Assembly (NCBI GenBank): GCA_964019335.1
Contig: OZ025655.1
Coordinates: forward strand, 1 to 64,000
Source: Diplonema japonicum
Lineage: Eukaryota; Protista; Euglenozoa: Diplonemea
Direction: 5' to 3'
Length of the DNA: 64,000 nucleotides
Positions 50,185-61,716 of this stretch are shown here, piece after piece. A program made the position numbers and the translations under genes. The first letter of the stretch is position 1. Every line of letters begins with the position of its first letter. The notes under the pieces are model-generated. The model made no database searches, had not been told where the DNA came from, and worked only from the letters and a program-made list of their open reading frames with translations.

Positions 50185-51504
50185 CTACGACGCGCAGTAC
50201 CCATCGAGCTGTGTGGTGATTCTATCGCACACGAGTGGGAGGTTCTCGCTTATAAGGCGTGCCTGCAAATGTCGCTGCCATTCACCTTGCATACCTGCTC
50301 TTTATTAATCATGTTCTCCTCTAAGTATCGCTGCCACACGTTGCGGTTATCGGTGTCTTTCCAACTGTGTACATGTGGCATGTTTGATGACATACTCGTT
50401 GATGATCGCAAGGTACACCTTAACGAAGTCCTGCACCCTCGGCATCGCTGGCGTAATAAAGTTATCAGGGCATACAACACTGCCAGCTGGGAACCTTACA
50501 ACAAACCACCGACCCTGCACGGCACCGAAGGCCGACTCGCCGGTGATGACTCCAATGCTATTAGGAGTGATGTGGCCTTGGAACGGCGGATGCTTGCTTA
50601 ACACTGTGTCCTGCAAAATGGTATTCCGTAGCAGCTGCTCGTCCACCTGCACACGCACCCGGCTGCCGACTCCTATCTCTGGAAAATATAAATCAGATGC
50701 CGCACCGACCCTCGGTGTCCCCCGACAGTCAAGAAATGTCGCCACTGTGTCCACACCATTTCCCTCGTTGTGCATTCCCGTCACAGTCACCTCTATCGTC
50801 TTAGTCAACAACTGCCTAAGTCCCACAACCGTGTGCTCTACGCTGCTGACATCCACCTCCTCGTCCTCCTCCCTTGGTACATCAATCTGCTGCATGCTTC
50901 CGATTTCTGTAGCGCCCTGCGCATCGAGACCTACCATGTACTTGACTAACTCTGTGGCCCTAGGGTCCCTCAGCTCGTTCATTAAGCGCACAAGCTTTTC
51001 AATGTCGCACACATACAGCATAATCATGTTTTGGAAGATGTCGCTGGCCGTCTCTACGATGTGAGAGGGGGTGTTGCAGGCAGATATCCGGAACTCTACC
51101 CTACGCGTTACGTATCTCTCGAAAACTGCTTCGTACGGGGTATTGCGCAGCCATTCCAACACAGAGCCTGCAGAAAACTCCTTAGCTAGAAGTTTTAAGA
51201 GGCTTATTATGTCAGGCAGCATCAGCGACTCGCATGCTGATACTAATAGCTGAACCTGAAGAACACCTGAACCACACATACGAACGAAGACACCAATCAA
51301 TAAACCAATTACCTGTACGTCATTTGCTGCACATGCACCCTGCACGATCATCTGCGCACAGTCAGTGCACAGACTGTAACCGCGCTCCTTCACTATCGCA
51401 TGTAATGTTCCAGGTAGTGTATAGCCAAACCTAACTACAAGGGCTTTCCACGTCGCAACACTCGGCCATTGCAATGCAGCGATAACCTCGCGGCTGCAGC
51501 CCAT
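50185..51504 (-). CDS. Hypothetical protein; at least 2 introns; start uncertain
   Basis: Long ORF; 31- and 32-nt GTATG introns extend it to TAG at 50185; CACAG acceptor before MGCSRE. Confidence 0.6.
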
Positions 51505-51647
51505 GCCCTCCTGTGTGTGACGCTTTAACAGGACAAGATCAAGCTGCAATGTAAGACCAGACAAGACCAGAAGCCAAGCAAAGCCTCCGGATAAATATCC
51601 AAGGCCATGCTCAAACAAGCAAATCGGTCTTCACGTTATCTACTCTA

Positions 51648-53087
51648 TTACCTCATAGGTGTCAAGAGACTCTTGACCACATGACGTTCACGTTCAGGAG
51701 ACTGAGTGGGAGAGGAAAGTGGGGTTGTGCTCCTTGGCTCAGGCGTTCTTTGCGGGGTCCGGATGATGTGCTGACGGTAGTAGGAAGGATTATGGGGTGG
51801 CGGTGGAGTAAACCGCAGGTGGGCGGGCCTTGACGGAGATTTCAACGAAACACCGGGGTGGCTGCTGAGTGCTTGACATTCAAACGACTCTACAGAAGGA
51901 GATCTGGTCAACATAGGCACCTTCTTTGGCTCTCTACGCGCTATGAAGGGAAGTGCCACGTGATCAGGTGGTGCTCTGGCACTGACATGGCTAGGGCTCA
52001 CAGGCTCTTCGCTGCTCGCGACAGACTGTGATACACTGTCCTCAATGTAATACTCCGTCTGATCGAACAGAACCCTCTCCCTCCTAATACTGCTCATCAG
52101 CCAGTGCCCAGCTTCGTATCGCCCTACTGCTAGTGTCGACAAGCAAACGACAACGACAGTTCCGTCAGCCTGGCAGGCCGTGCAGTAACCCTTTACATGC
52201 GGAGAAGCAACAACCTTCCATTCATCTCGTTCCAAATCAAAGAGAAGCGTGCAGCCAGTATCTGCAGCATGAACTAGCATACTGTGGTCGTCAACAGCCG
52301 CAGCGAAACCCTTGCCACCTGTGTACAGGCGTCGGAGGTGGTTCTCTGGACACCATCCTGACTCGTGTCCTCGACGAACCTTCACCCACCCGGCAGGCCC
52401 TTTATCTCGTATCTGATGTTGGGGCACCCCGATCAGTGAGTCCCCCTTTCTCAGGTCCATCTGCCTCGAGTCGGTTCTTGAGAAATTATAACGTGCCTCA
52501 AAGGCACCGCATTGAGATGACCGCCACTCATGCTCTGTGGTGTGGTACATCCATAAGTTAGGCGAGGCCTCGCCAGTATCGATGGCAGTGCCGCCGATGT
52601 TGACAAGCAGGTTTCTAAAAAGCACCGTGGCATGGCCCCACACAAAGGGGGAGGGCCCAGTGAGGATGGCCCGCCAGTTATTTGCTTGGCAGTCTAGTTC
52701 AAAAACAGAACTAGGGCTATTGGAAAGACCACCGCACAAGTATAACTTCTCGTCCCTTGTCGTCACTGTGTGGTGTGTGCATGCGTCTGGCACATCACCG
52801 TGGGTCGTGCACTCGAACCATGTGCTACTTGTCAGGTCTAACACAGGTAGCACTTGCGGCTTGTACTCTCCGCGTTGATCAGAACCGTGCACCACATACA
52901 TTAAGTCCCTGTTGATGGCAGCTGCATGGTTGCAGCGACGTGGTGCCACACCGCTGCAGTGCACAGTGCTCAGCACGTCCCCTTCAAGGCGGAAAATATC
53001 ACCACTGGCGCCATTCTTCGTCTTCCCCCCATGAATGAGTATAGAGTACCCGTCGGCAACAGAGGCATACCCTTCCTCCGGAAGCAT
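51648..53087 (-). CDS. Kelch-repeat protein with inserted SH3 domain and Pro/Ser-rich tail
   Basis: Kelch blades (ILIHGG, RCNHAA, LYLCGG, WGHAT...NIGG); SH3 EARYNF...MDLRKGD...GWVKV...GWCPENHL. Confidence 0.8.
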   Translation of the reverse strand: MLPEEGYASVADGYSILIHGGKTKNGASGDIFRLEGDVLSTVHCSGVAPRRCNHAAAINRDLMYVVHGSDQRGEYKPQVLPVLDLTSSTWFECTTHGDVPDACTHHTVTTRDEKLYLCGGLSNSPSSVFELDCQANNWRAILTGPSPFVWGHATVLFRNLLVNIGGTAIDTGEASPNLWMYHTTEHEWRSSQCGAFEARYNFSRTDSRQMDLRKGDSLIGVPQHQIRDKGPAGWVKVRRGHESGWCPENHLRRLYTGGKGFAAAVDDHSMLVHAADTGCTLLFDLERDEWKVVASPHVKGYCTACQADGTVVVVCLSTLAVGRYEAGHWLMSSIRRERVLFDQTEYYIEDSVSQSVASSEEPVSPSHVSARAPPDHVALPFIARREPKKVPMLTRSPSVESFECQALSSHPGVSLKSPSRPAHLRFTPPPPHNPSYYRQHIIRTPQRTPEPRSTTPLSSPTQSPERERHVVKSLLTPMR

Positions 53088-53150
53088 TTCATGAGCCTGG
53101 TGCGTGGTAAATTAAGATGTAAATACTACTATAAAACACTCCTCTGATAG

Positions 53151-54934
53151 CTACTCATTCTTATCCCTTTTTCTCTTCTTGCCTGCAGATGGCTTCGCTT
53201 CGCTTCCTAAAATGCTGCTAAGCATCTTGCTCTTCTTTGCTTCCTTCTTCTCCGCCTCCTCCCAGTCTTCATAGCGATGCTTGTACTGCTCCAAGCGCAG
53301 CTTTTTCACCGTCATGCGTGTAGAATAGATGCTCTGCAGCTGCTTGATACCTGCCGACAACTCCTCGGCAACGGTCTTCCGGTAGCTAAGGGGAAGCACT
53401 GCGTAAAGCTTTTCGACTACGAATGCAGCAGAGCCACACGACGTGGTGACCTGGAGGAACGACCCCTTAAGCTGGTTTGAAAACTTCTTAATCTGTGGCA
53501 GTTAGTAAGAAGACTCAGCGCATACCTCCTTCTCCTTAGCATTTGCGATGAAACCCTCAATCATAGTGCTCCCGGCGACTGTAGATAGCAGGTACGATAT
53601 CTGTGCGTGTTACCTTGGACCCTAGACTCGCATACCTTGTCAACTGTAAGCTCAGCAACACCCTTGTACAGTGCTGCTGTGGCTTCGCTAGGTCCGTAAG
53701 ACAGCATGGCTGAGAGCATCGCTACCCCATGATGGCCGTCGAGTTGTATCAGCGTATCGAATAGCGAACCTGTTACCTGCAGAGCACTCTTCACAAGACT
53801 CATTACGCTGCTCCTCGCGCTTGGGTGCCTTTTGGCACCTTCGCACACCCCACTCAGCACACCAAGCGCCCACTTATTGTAAATCGCCGTGGCTCCTGTA
53901 TTAGTAATAAACGTGAAAGGAGAATACCTTTAGTAAGTGCTTCAACTACTTCCTGCATAGACTCCTCATCCGGGCAGTTCGCGACCCACCTGTGATGATC
54001 ACCAATGTTCACTTGTATACCTCTGGACTGCGTAGAGACCTCCGCGCTGCATCATCTCCTCCCAGTGCTTCACAAAGTGAGAGTGCAGCTTCTTGTGGCA
54101 TGCACTTGACTTCAAGCATGCCTCGAGAACCCGTGACGACACGGAAGACTTGCAGATGTCATCCATGTTCGCCGCTACCTGATCGTGGAGCTCGCTGCCC
54201 TCCCACACAGAGGCAAGCACATCGAGAATACCCGCTGCCTGAGTGCTGCATATCCTGTTCACAAAAATGTCATCCTTAGCTAAGACCTTCACGATTGCCT
54301 TCCCGAGCTTGTCAAGGGGAACCCCGCTGTCGAGGGGCTCCATCACCGTCACAGCCTCTTTGTGTCTCTTCTCGGGAGGGACCTTCCCCGCGAGGACGTA
54401 AATCAATACACGCAGCGCGTAGGAGCCCCCCGGGTGCAATATGATATCAATTAATTTGATATCGCTCTCTTCGTCACCCTCGATGAGCTCGTCAACAGTG
54501 CCCTTTAGCAAAGCCTTCAACGTGGGCAGGCCAGTGGAGTCCTCTTCATCTGAAGACTTCATCAGCTTGTCAGACTTCAGCATCTGCTGACATTGCTTCA
54601 ATAGCTTCTCAACAACCCTGCTGGCCGTATTCTGCGTGCACAGGTAACACAATTTACCAGCTATCTTGAAGTAGAAACTTCTCAAATGTACAGCTGTACT
54701 CCACTCCAGCACCTGCTCCACGATCCTACTGATCTCTCCGTTGTTGAACAGCCTCGCTCCACCTGATGTGAAATGCATTCCGATCGCAGCGTGTGCCGCT
54801 TCCAAAGCACCATGCTGCTGGTCCTCGGAAGCCTCTTGGATCCTTTCGCTCATCTGCCTCCACATCGCAATCTGGTCTGAGTGCTCCTCACGCAGATCCT
54901 TCGCATACTTCATCTTCTTATTGTCAGATGACAT
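53151..54934 (-). CDS. NOP9: Nucleolar protein 9 (Puf-like); 4 introns
   Basis: ISRIVEQVL, ASRVVEKLL, HPGGSYALRVLIYVLAG, SSRVLEACL, GLYAVQR; basic C-terminal tail. Confidence 0.7.
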
Positions 54935-55024
54935 CTTTGATCCTAGAATAATCTGTTAAGAAACCACAGAAGCCACAAAAAACAACGTACTGTCTAAATA
55001 CTAATTCAATCCTACTCTGCGAAA

Positions 55025-55378
55025 CTAAAAATCGATGCACCTCCCTCCCTTTTCCCAATCGCCGTACCTTGTGGGCTCCAAACCAGGGTAACCGTTGATC
55101 TATGGTGTGGTGCATTGTGTCACGGTGCATACCTCGCCTGTCTTCTCATTGCGGTGAAGCAGCTCCTCATCCTTGCCAACATTCTTGAAGTAGTCAGGGC
55201 TCCCGACACTCAGCGCCATCCTGGCGGCCTGATCATTTACCGGTTTGTACTCCTGCGTCTGCCTAGCAGATGCCAAGAAAGTTGACGAGTTCCCATCCCT
55301 CTTCGCCCACGATGTGAACTGAATATCAGCGGGATTAGCCCCCCACTGCGCTCGTGCTGCAAGGGATCTTCTGAACAT
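55025..55378 (-). CDS. SDHAF4: Succinate dehydrogenase assembly factor 4 (DUF1674); intron 55100-55132
   Basis: Mitochondrial-type presequence MFRRSLAARA; after splicing [30 protein letters not shown]. Confidence 0.92.
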
Positions 55379-55588
55379 CTGGGTCCCAGGCTGTGATGTG
55401 ATGTGATGGCAGCCACAAACAAGGATCTCAAAAAAAAAAAAAAACCGAAGTTAATAAATATCTAAATAGGATACCGCCAAAGGGTGAAAAGAGGATAAAT
55501 TAATATTAAAATCTAACGAAAATACAAAACAGAAAAACATGGCAATTCACACATCTCTAATATATATGATAAAATAGAAATAAAAACG

Positions 55589-56278
55589 TCACCACGACGA
55601 CTCGAAAAGGTCTGGTGAGGCAGGGGTGTCAGCGGCGGATGCAGGGACAGGTGCCACAGGTACGGGAGTGGACGCTGCAACAGGCTCCGCTTGCTTCGAA
55701 GGCTTGTCTGGGCTGTCGAAGAAAGGGCTGGTCAATGGGGGTGTGGGGCAGTCACCGCGTACCTTGAGCTCGGCCATGCGTGTAATCATCATGTAGTCCA
55801 CTGGGGATAAAAATTCATAAGTGCGTGTCTTGCCTGAGGCTGGGTCTATGCAACATCTAAAGCGTGTAACCCATATGTCTCTGAGGACGACACTGGCTGA
55901 CATCTCCTTGGTTACAACTCCAGGCAGCTCTCTTGATCTTTTGAAGAGCCCCGTCTTCCTCCCGTCCCGCACCACCTCATCACGCCACTCCACCCGTGAG
56001 CTCCCTTTTGCATCTATGCTTAGTACCTTACCTAGCCAGAAGGACTCCCCGTTGGCCGACTCCTCCGGGTCCACTGCAATCGCGAACAAGTCCCCGACCC
56101 TTGCCCTTGCCCGGTGCGCCCTTGGTTTCTTCTTCAAACTGCTGCTGCTCAGTCTGGGAGGCCTGCACACCTTAATCGGCTGCGACTCCCTCTTCGGGCT
56201 GGGGAGCGTGAATAACCCAATGTCCTTGTCGTGCTGCAACGTCTCGATCCCCAGTGGGGTGTTGGTGAGGATGTCCAT
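55589..56278 (-). CDS. Hypothetical protein with a Tudor/BAH-like beta-barrel segment
   Basis: Intronless ORF; ARVGDLFAI...FWLGKVLSI...RVEW. Confidence 0.6.
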   Translation of the reverse strand: MDILTNTPLGIETLQHDKDIGLFTLPSPKRESQPIKVCRPPRLSSSSLKKKPRAHRARARVGDLFAIAVDPEESANGESFWLGKVLSIDAKGSSRVEWRDEVVRDGRKTGLFKRSRELPGVVTKEMSASVVLRDIWVTRFRCCIDPASGKTRTYEFLSPVDYMMITRMAELKVRGDCPTPPLTSPFFDSPDKPSKQAEPVAASTPVPVAPVPASAADTPASPDLFESSW

Positions 56279-56653
56279 TTTCTTTAAGCCCCCCTGGCCT
56301 GAAGTTTGGTCACATAAATCAATAGGAACAAAGGCAAAAAAGAATGAATCTGACGACAAAAAGAATAAAATAAAATATGACCAGAGCTCAGACCCCAACC
56401 GACGAGTAGAAGAAAAGGAAGAAGAAAGAAGATGCAGAAAAGAGTTGCTGACACTCTATCTGCCTCGCGTGGGGGAGATCCATCTGGGTTGTAGTTGCAG
56501 GGAGCTCGTCTCTGAATCCTAATCGCCGACTGGGATTGGCGTTCCTTGGCAAGTAGCAGGCCTTGTACTGGCTCCCCTAGTTTTTGGAAGTAGAAAATAA
56601 TGGGGGGAAAGAGGCGAATTCTCGTACTTTATAAATCCCTTTGAAAAAGAAGA

Positions 56654-56676
56654 GGGGGGCGGGGGGGGGGGGGGGG
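56654..56676 (+). repeat. G6-C-G16 homopolymer tract (poly-C on the coding strand)
   Basis: Read directly. Confidence 0.9.
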
Positions 56677-57987
56677 AAGAGGTCCTTTCCTCACTCTGCT
56701 CCCTTTCCCATGGTTACGGGCGGGGCGGGTGCTTGAACAGGTCCTTATTCTTACTTTAGATAAACCTCAACAGTTAATAGAATACAAAGAAAACGGATCT
56801 GAAGGGCGCTCCGCATGGCGACAACACGTTGCGTGGCTCATAACGTGAGCTTCCAAAAGGTAGCACTATGATAAACAAGGATTAGGGTTGTCAATTATAC
56901 CTTAGGAAATTAAAGAAAAAAATAAGGTAGCTTGCCAGGTCATGCGGGGCAGACAATAGCCTCCCATACACCTTTTCGTGTATTATATGTTTCTTTATTT
57001 CTTTCTCTCCTCCCTTCTCTTCTTCAACTAGAAAAAAAAAACCTTCTTCCATCTCTGGTGGAGAAAAGTAGGAGCACGATCATATCTCAGGTGCTCACTG
57101 TTCAAAAATTAAAATACGACGCTGCTGAGAGTGGAGAGGTAGGACTGGGGGGGTGGGGGGGGCTTCTTTTTTCTTTTCTTCTTCGTACAAACATCCATTT
57201 ATTCTTTCTTATGTTCTTATTCTCTTTAATAATCCCCTCTGTTTTAAAAACTGTTAAAAACATGAAGGAAGCAAAAAAAAAAAATGTTCGGACTAGTCTG
57301 TGCAAAGAAAGACCGCTTTCTTTTAACTCTTTTCCTTTTTCTTTTGGCAAGTCAAAAGACCTTTTGCATTAAATAAAAACATAAACACAAGTCAAAAAAA
57401 ACAAGAAACGAAGGCCCAAAGACACCGTGGCGGTGTACAGGAGGGCGACAAGGGGAAACAACAACAAAAAAAGGGGGAAGGAGGGAAAGAGTGGGCAGGA
57501 GTCACGGATTTGCCCAATACTCACTATGATGGGGGAAGTTTTAGCAACGACCCACCGAAAGAAAGAGGAAAGAAGGAGAGAGGTGGGACCTTGATCTCTA
57601 TTAGGCTTTCAAGGAATGGGGCAGAAGGCGAGATAGAACAGGTTCTGCCTCTGATTCCATCCTATGCTATTTTAACTCTATATGACTTAAGTCCAACTAC
57701 CCTCTTCCCCTGCCCTCCACTGTGAGAGATGTGAGGGGGGCTCTCAAGGGAATACACAAACAAAGACAAATGAAAAAAAGCTTCTTTTTTCCTTTTATAG
57801 GTATGGGAGGGGGGGAGCTTCTTTTTGTCCCCCCCCCCCTTTTCTTTTCTGACGAAAAAAAAAGGAAGAGTGCTTCTGTTGAAAGGGGGAAGAGACAAGA
57901 ACCGATGCAGAAAACAAGAAAAAAACTCACTATGTAAGGGGGAGAGTGTTGTAGGACCTCGATACATCATCCATCAGAGGAAACGGG

Positions 57988-58747
57988 TTACATGAGAGAA
58001 CACTGGCATGTGGCTTCTAGTGGCTGCGGCCGTGGTGGAACATCAGACGGCCGAGGGGATAGTGGGGACGACGGCTCTGCAGAAATGTCCTCTATCAAAC
58101 GCTCGTCGCCTTTGAGAGAGAAGGTAGCGGACTGCAACCATGTGTTCAGCCGTGCCTCGTCCTTCAACTCCACAATGTGTCTCAGAGACTCTGCAGCCTG
58201 CGGAAAAAAAAACAAACACTGAACTGTATTGCCCAACCATCACACCTCTATTCCTTTCTCCTTCACTATCTCAGACGTCTCCTCACGAAGCGCCCACAGC
58301 AGGTTCTCGATGGTGTCCACCTTGGTGACTATCTTCTGCATGACCATCCTGGTGTCCTCTCGTTCGCGGCGCAGCCCGTTCTTCAGGCAATCGATGTTCC
58401 ACTGCTGTCTTTTGTACATCTCCCCAGCCTGTTTGAGTATCCCAGCATGGTTGGCTGCTAAGCATACCTCATCCAGTAGCTTCTCCCGCTCATCGATCTC
58501 ACCTTGCAGCATTCTAAGGTTCCTCGCGTACATCGTCTCTGATACCCCTGCCTGCACCCCCACATCCACCGTTGCAACCTCCCTAAAGGCATTCTTATAC
58601 ACCCTGTTGTGCTGTGGGCTCGTTGACGGCGTGATATTTGGCGTCCCTCTGCTGCTCGATTCGTAGCCGACCGAGTCCGGCTGTGCATGTTGTGTTGTGT
58701 TGCTTCTATCATACCAAACTGTCCAGACTCCATGTTTTCGTCTGCAT
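57988..58747 (-). CDS. Hypothetical coiled-coil protein with C-terminal CaaX box (CQCSLM); 2 introns (34, 48 nt)
   Basis: MQTKTWSLDSL|PDSV...KGIE|AAESL...CSLM stop. Confidence 0.65.
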
Positions 58748-58872
58748 GTTGGACCCCCGGCAGCCCTGCAGTGGTGCTTAAAGAAAAACAAGAAACTACA
58801 AAAAAGAAAACTAGGCAAATATGAAACGCAACCACTCGCCAAGCCACTCGTATGAGGGTATGCTTTGAATAC

Positions 58873-60183
58873 CTAAAACATGTCAACACTGCCCATGGCC
58901 TTGATCACATTCTCGTACACGCCGCAGCCGCGCACGAAGACGGACTGGGACAGGTACTCGTCGTGCTCGTGGAGGAGGATGGGGTCACGGTTGATGGGGC
59001 TGAAACCAAAAGCAGCAATGCCCAGCTCCCTAAGGAACCTGCTGTCCGTGGCGGCAGGGAACACCTCTTTCTCAAGCTTCACTCCGCCTGACACAACGGC
59101 GTCCCTGAAAGCCACCCAGAAAGGGTTTGAGTCACTGAGCTCTGTGACATTGTGCTCTTTGATTGGGTCGTATCCATATTTCCACTGCACAGCACCTTCT
59201 TCAGCACCCCATTCCTTCTCCGCTTCCCTAGCCCACTGGTTGAAGAGGCCTTCGAGTTCCTCGTATTTCGTCGAGATTGGCACTCGCACATCAAACATCG
59301 CCTTCGCCGTTGTGGGGATCACGTTCACTGCGAAAGTCTTCCCGCCATCGGCGGTCACACCAGCGCGCAGCACAGTCAGGTTCACGGTGGTCACGTCGCC
59401 AAGCTTCTTGCACTTTGCGTGCCCGCAGCCGTACTCCGTCTCGCTCCCGTGAAGGATCCTTTCGCTCTCCCTTCTATGGGCGAGGGCCCTGGTGCACCAT
59501 GCGTGCAGGCAGTGAGTAGCAACACCTTCGATGAACCTGCTCCCATGCCCAGTTGGACCCATGGCCTCAACTTCTACCCACCACGGCAGTCGCTCACCAT
59601 AGAAGACGGTGTATGCATCCTCGGTAGGGTTGGAGAGCCCTTCGTCCAAGGCACACTCCACGTTCAAAGCTTTGAACTCATCAGACTTAGTGAGGAAGCC
59701 CATCCCAGGGCCGCCGATCTCCTCATCAGGAACCATGGACAGGTGTATATCCCTCACGGGCTGGTAACCAGCTGCCTTCAGTCTGGAGATAGCAACGAGG
59801 TACTGCATTCCAACACACTTCATGTCCTGTGTACCTCTTCCGTAGATCCTTGGGCCGTACTTAAAGGACGGGTCGTCAACTACCTTACCTTCCCACGCAG
59901 CTTCTGTCCATTTCTCCTCCACTACAGGCACAACGTCATAGTGCGAGTTCAAGAGGAGCGACTTGAGCTCCGGATTCTTACCCTTCCAAGTCGCTAGCAG
60001 GATGGGCTTCTTGGGGACGTAGTTATCAAGGACCTTCGTCTCGAGGCCTATCTCCTTGCAGATGTCAGAGATGAAGCTGATGCAGGCCTCGTTGGCGCCA
60101 TTGGTGTGCCCTTCGTGCGATATAGTCTTGAACTGCAAGTACCTGCGGAACATGCTCAGTGCCCTCTCATCGCTGAACGCCAT
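58873..60183 (-). CDS. ACY1: Aminoacylase-1 (M20A peptidase family), intronless
   Basis: LLNSHYDVVP, IYGRGTQDMKC, VPDEEIGG, LDEG, GHGS, FPAATDSRFLR, LLHEHDEYL. Confidence 0.95.
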   Translation of the reverse strand: MAFSDERALSMFRRYLQFKTISHEGHTNGANEACISFISDICKEIGLETKVLDNYVPKKPILLATWKGKNPELKSLLLNSHYDVVPVVEEKWTEAAWEGKVVDDPSFKYGPRIYGRGTQDMKCVGMQYLVAISRLKAAGYQPVRDIHLSMVPDEEIGGPGMGFLTKSDEFKALNVECALDEGLSNPTEDAYTVFYGERLPWWVEVEAMGPTGHGSRFIEGVATHCLHAWCTRALAHRRESERILHGSETEYGCGHAKCKKLGDVTTVNLTVLRAGVTADGGKTFAVNVIPTTAKAMFDVRVPISTKYEELEGLFNQWAREAEKEWGAEEGAVQWKYGYDPIKEHNVTELSDSNPFWVAFRDAVVSGGVKLEKEVFPAATDSRFLRELGIAAFGFSPINRDPILLHEHDEYLSQSVFVRGCGVYENVIKAMGSVDMF

Positions 60184-60348
60184 CTTAATGCTGGAGTGCG
60201 GTGAGGTGTGAACAAAACAAAAATAATTAAAGGTTGCACAGCTTATAATGGAATGGAATTTTTGAAAAGGCATTCATAAGCACTAAGTCACGGTCCCTGA
60301 TGAAGGGGGGTGAATAGCGGTGCTTCTGGTTACGTGTCAAGTTTGGCG

Positions 60349-61716
60349 CTAGTATGCACCCGATTGGATAGTGGCCGCCTTAGCAAGCCACTCATCGCCC
60401 CTGGGCCTTGTTTCGGAAGCTTGTTTGAGGTCATCTCTTGTGCGGAGCTGCTCGGAGCTGCGGGGGTATGGCCTCTTGAGGTTCAAGCTGGGGTTCAAGG
60501 TGACCCCGAATCCAGGCTTCGTCGGGTCGAGGTCGATGTAGCCGTCCTTCGGGAGGGGCTCGTCAAGGAAGAGCCCTCCGAAGTAGGGCTGGATAACGTC
60601 TGCCTTGGGTGCAAGCATAATGAGCTCAGCCATGGGGCAATTCTGAAAGGCATACTGCAGATGGTAGGAGTACACACTGCTGCCGTGGGGGATCACAGGC
60701 ACGTCATAGGCGGCAGCCATGGCACACACCTTCCTTGCCTCCGTGATGCCACCGCACCACGTGATGTCTGGCTGCAGAACGTCGCAGCATTTCTTTTCCA
60801 ACAGCTGCCTGAATCCGTATCTCGTGTACTCGTGTTCACCACACGTGAGGAGTGTCTTGTGCCCTACCTTCCTTTTCACCTCGGCGTAGCCTTCGTAGTC
60901 GTCAGGATGGAGGTGTTCTTCCACCCACTTCACGCCACCAGGAACCTCTTTGCTTATCTTGCGCACGAGCTCAATGGTGTACGGGACAGTGAGGGACATG
61001 TAGCAATCAATTGCAAGGGGGAAGTCCTCACCAACAGAGGCCCTCACCTCCTTGATCCTTTCGATGTTGGCTTTCATTCCCTTGTCGCCGTCTGCCGGGC
61101 CATAGGGGAGGGGGATCTTAGCCTGCACAAAGCCCATTTCCTTTGCAAGGTCGGCGCGAACAGTGGTAGCGTAGACAGGCAGCCGGTCCTTAGTCTTGCC
61201 CCCGAGGAGCTGGTATACAGGCTCGTTGCGGAGCTTCCCTAAAGCGTCCCAAAGAGCAAGGTCGACGGTGCTGATGGCCTGGATGGTGAGCCCCTTTCTG
61301 CCGTAGTTGATGGTGCCGCGGTACATCTGGTCCCATATGTACTCGATGTTCCTTGGGTCCTGTCCCTCTACGAAGCGCGACAGGTGGTTCTCGACGATGA
61401 AGCAGCCTGGCTCGCCGGCAATGGCGATGCCGACCCCCACGATGCCGTTCGTGAGCTCTGCCTCCACGACCATGCTGCCGATGGCATCGATGCCCCACTG
61501 CTTCCTGGACGCCTTGTACAGGGGGTAGCAGCTCATAGGGTTCGAGATAGGAGTATCAACGATCCAGTGCCCCCCTGCCTGTGCGTGACAGTCAGCCCCA
61601 CCGCCGGCTTTCTCCTCCTCACCCTTCGAGCCAATCACGTAAGCCCTCAATTCCTTCACAGTCACCGCCCCCTTCACAGGCACGACAGGCGGATGCTCTC
61701 CTAGACTCACGGACAT
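60349..61716 (-). CDS. rhmD: L-rhamnonate/L-galactonate dehydratase (mandelate racemase-like enolase superfamily), intronless
   Basis: GHWIVDTPISNPMS, VDLALWDALGK, KIPLPYGP, DCYMSL, KWVEEHLHPDD, GEHEYT, QPDITWCGG, PHGSSVYSYH. Confidence 0.9.
   Translation of the reverse strand: MSVSLGEHPPVVPVKGAVTVKELRAYVIGSKGEEEKAGGGADCHAQAGGHWIVDTPISNPMSCYPLYKASRKQWGIDAIGSMVVEAELTNGIVGVGIAIAGEPGCFIVENHLSRFVEGQDPRNIEYIWDQMYRGTINYGRKGLTIQAISTVDLALWDALGKLRNEPVYQLLGGKTKDRLPVYATTVRADLAKEMGFVQAKIPLPYGPADGDKGMKANIERIKEVRASVGEDFPLAIDCYMSLTVPYTIELVRKISKEVPGGVKWVEEHLHPDDYEGYAEVKRKVGHKTLLTCGEHEYTRYGFRQLLEKKCCDVLQPDITWCGGITEARKVCAMAAAYDVPVIPHGSSVYSYHLQYAFQNCPMAELIMLAPKADVIQPYFGGLFLDEPLPKDGYIDLDPTKPGFGVTLNPSLNLKRPYPRSSEQLRTRDDLKQASETRPRGDEWLAKAATIQSGAY

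Noticed and set aside
59152-61242. Plus-strand ORFs over ACY1 and rhmD
   Set aside because: Antisense shadows caused by GC3 bias.
657-61716. Stop-codon reassignment, frameshifting, RNA editing or mass pseudogenisation explaining broken ORFs
   Set aside because: Almost every break is resolved by a canonical short GT-AG intron, and TAA, TAG and TGA all end conserved genes correctly.
657-61716. Euglenid-type non-canonical introns or introner elements
   Set aside because: All required introns are GT-AG and share no sequence beyond their ends.
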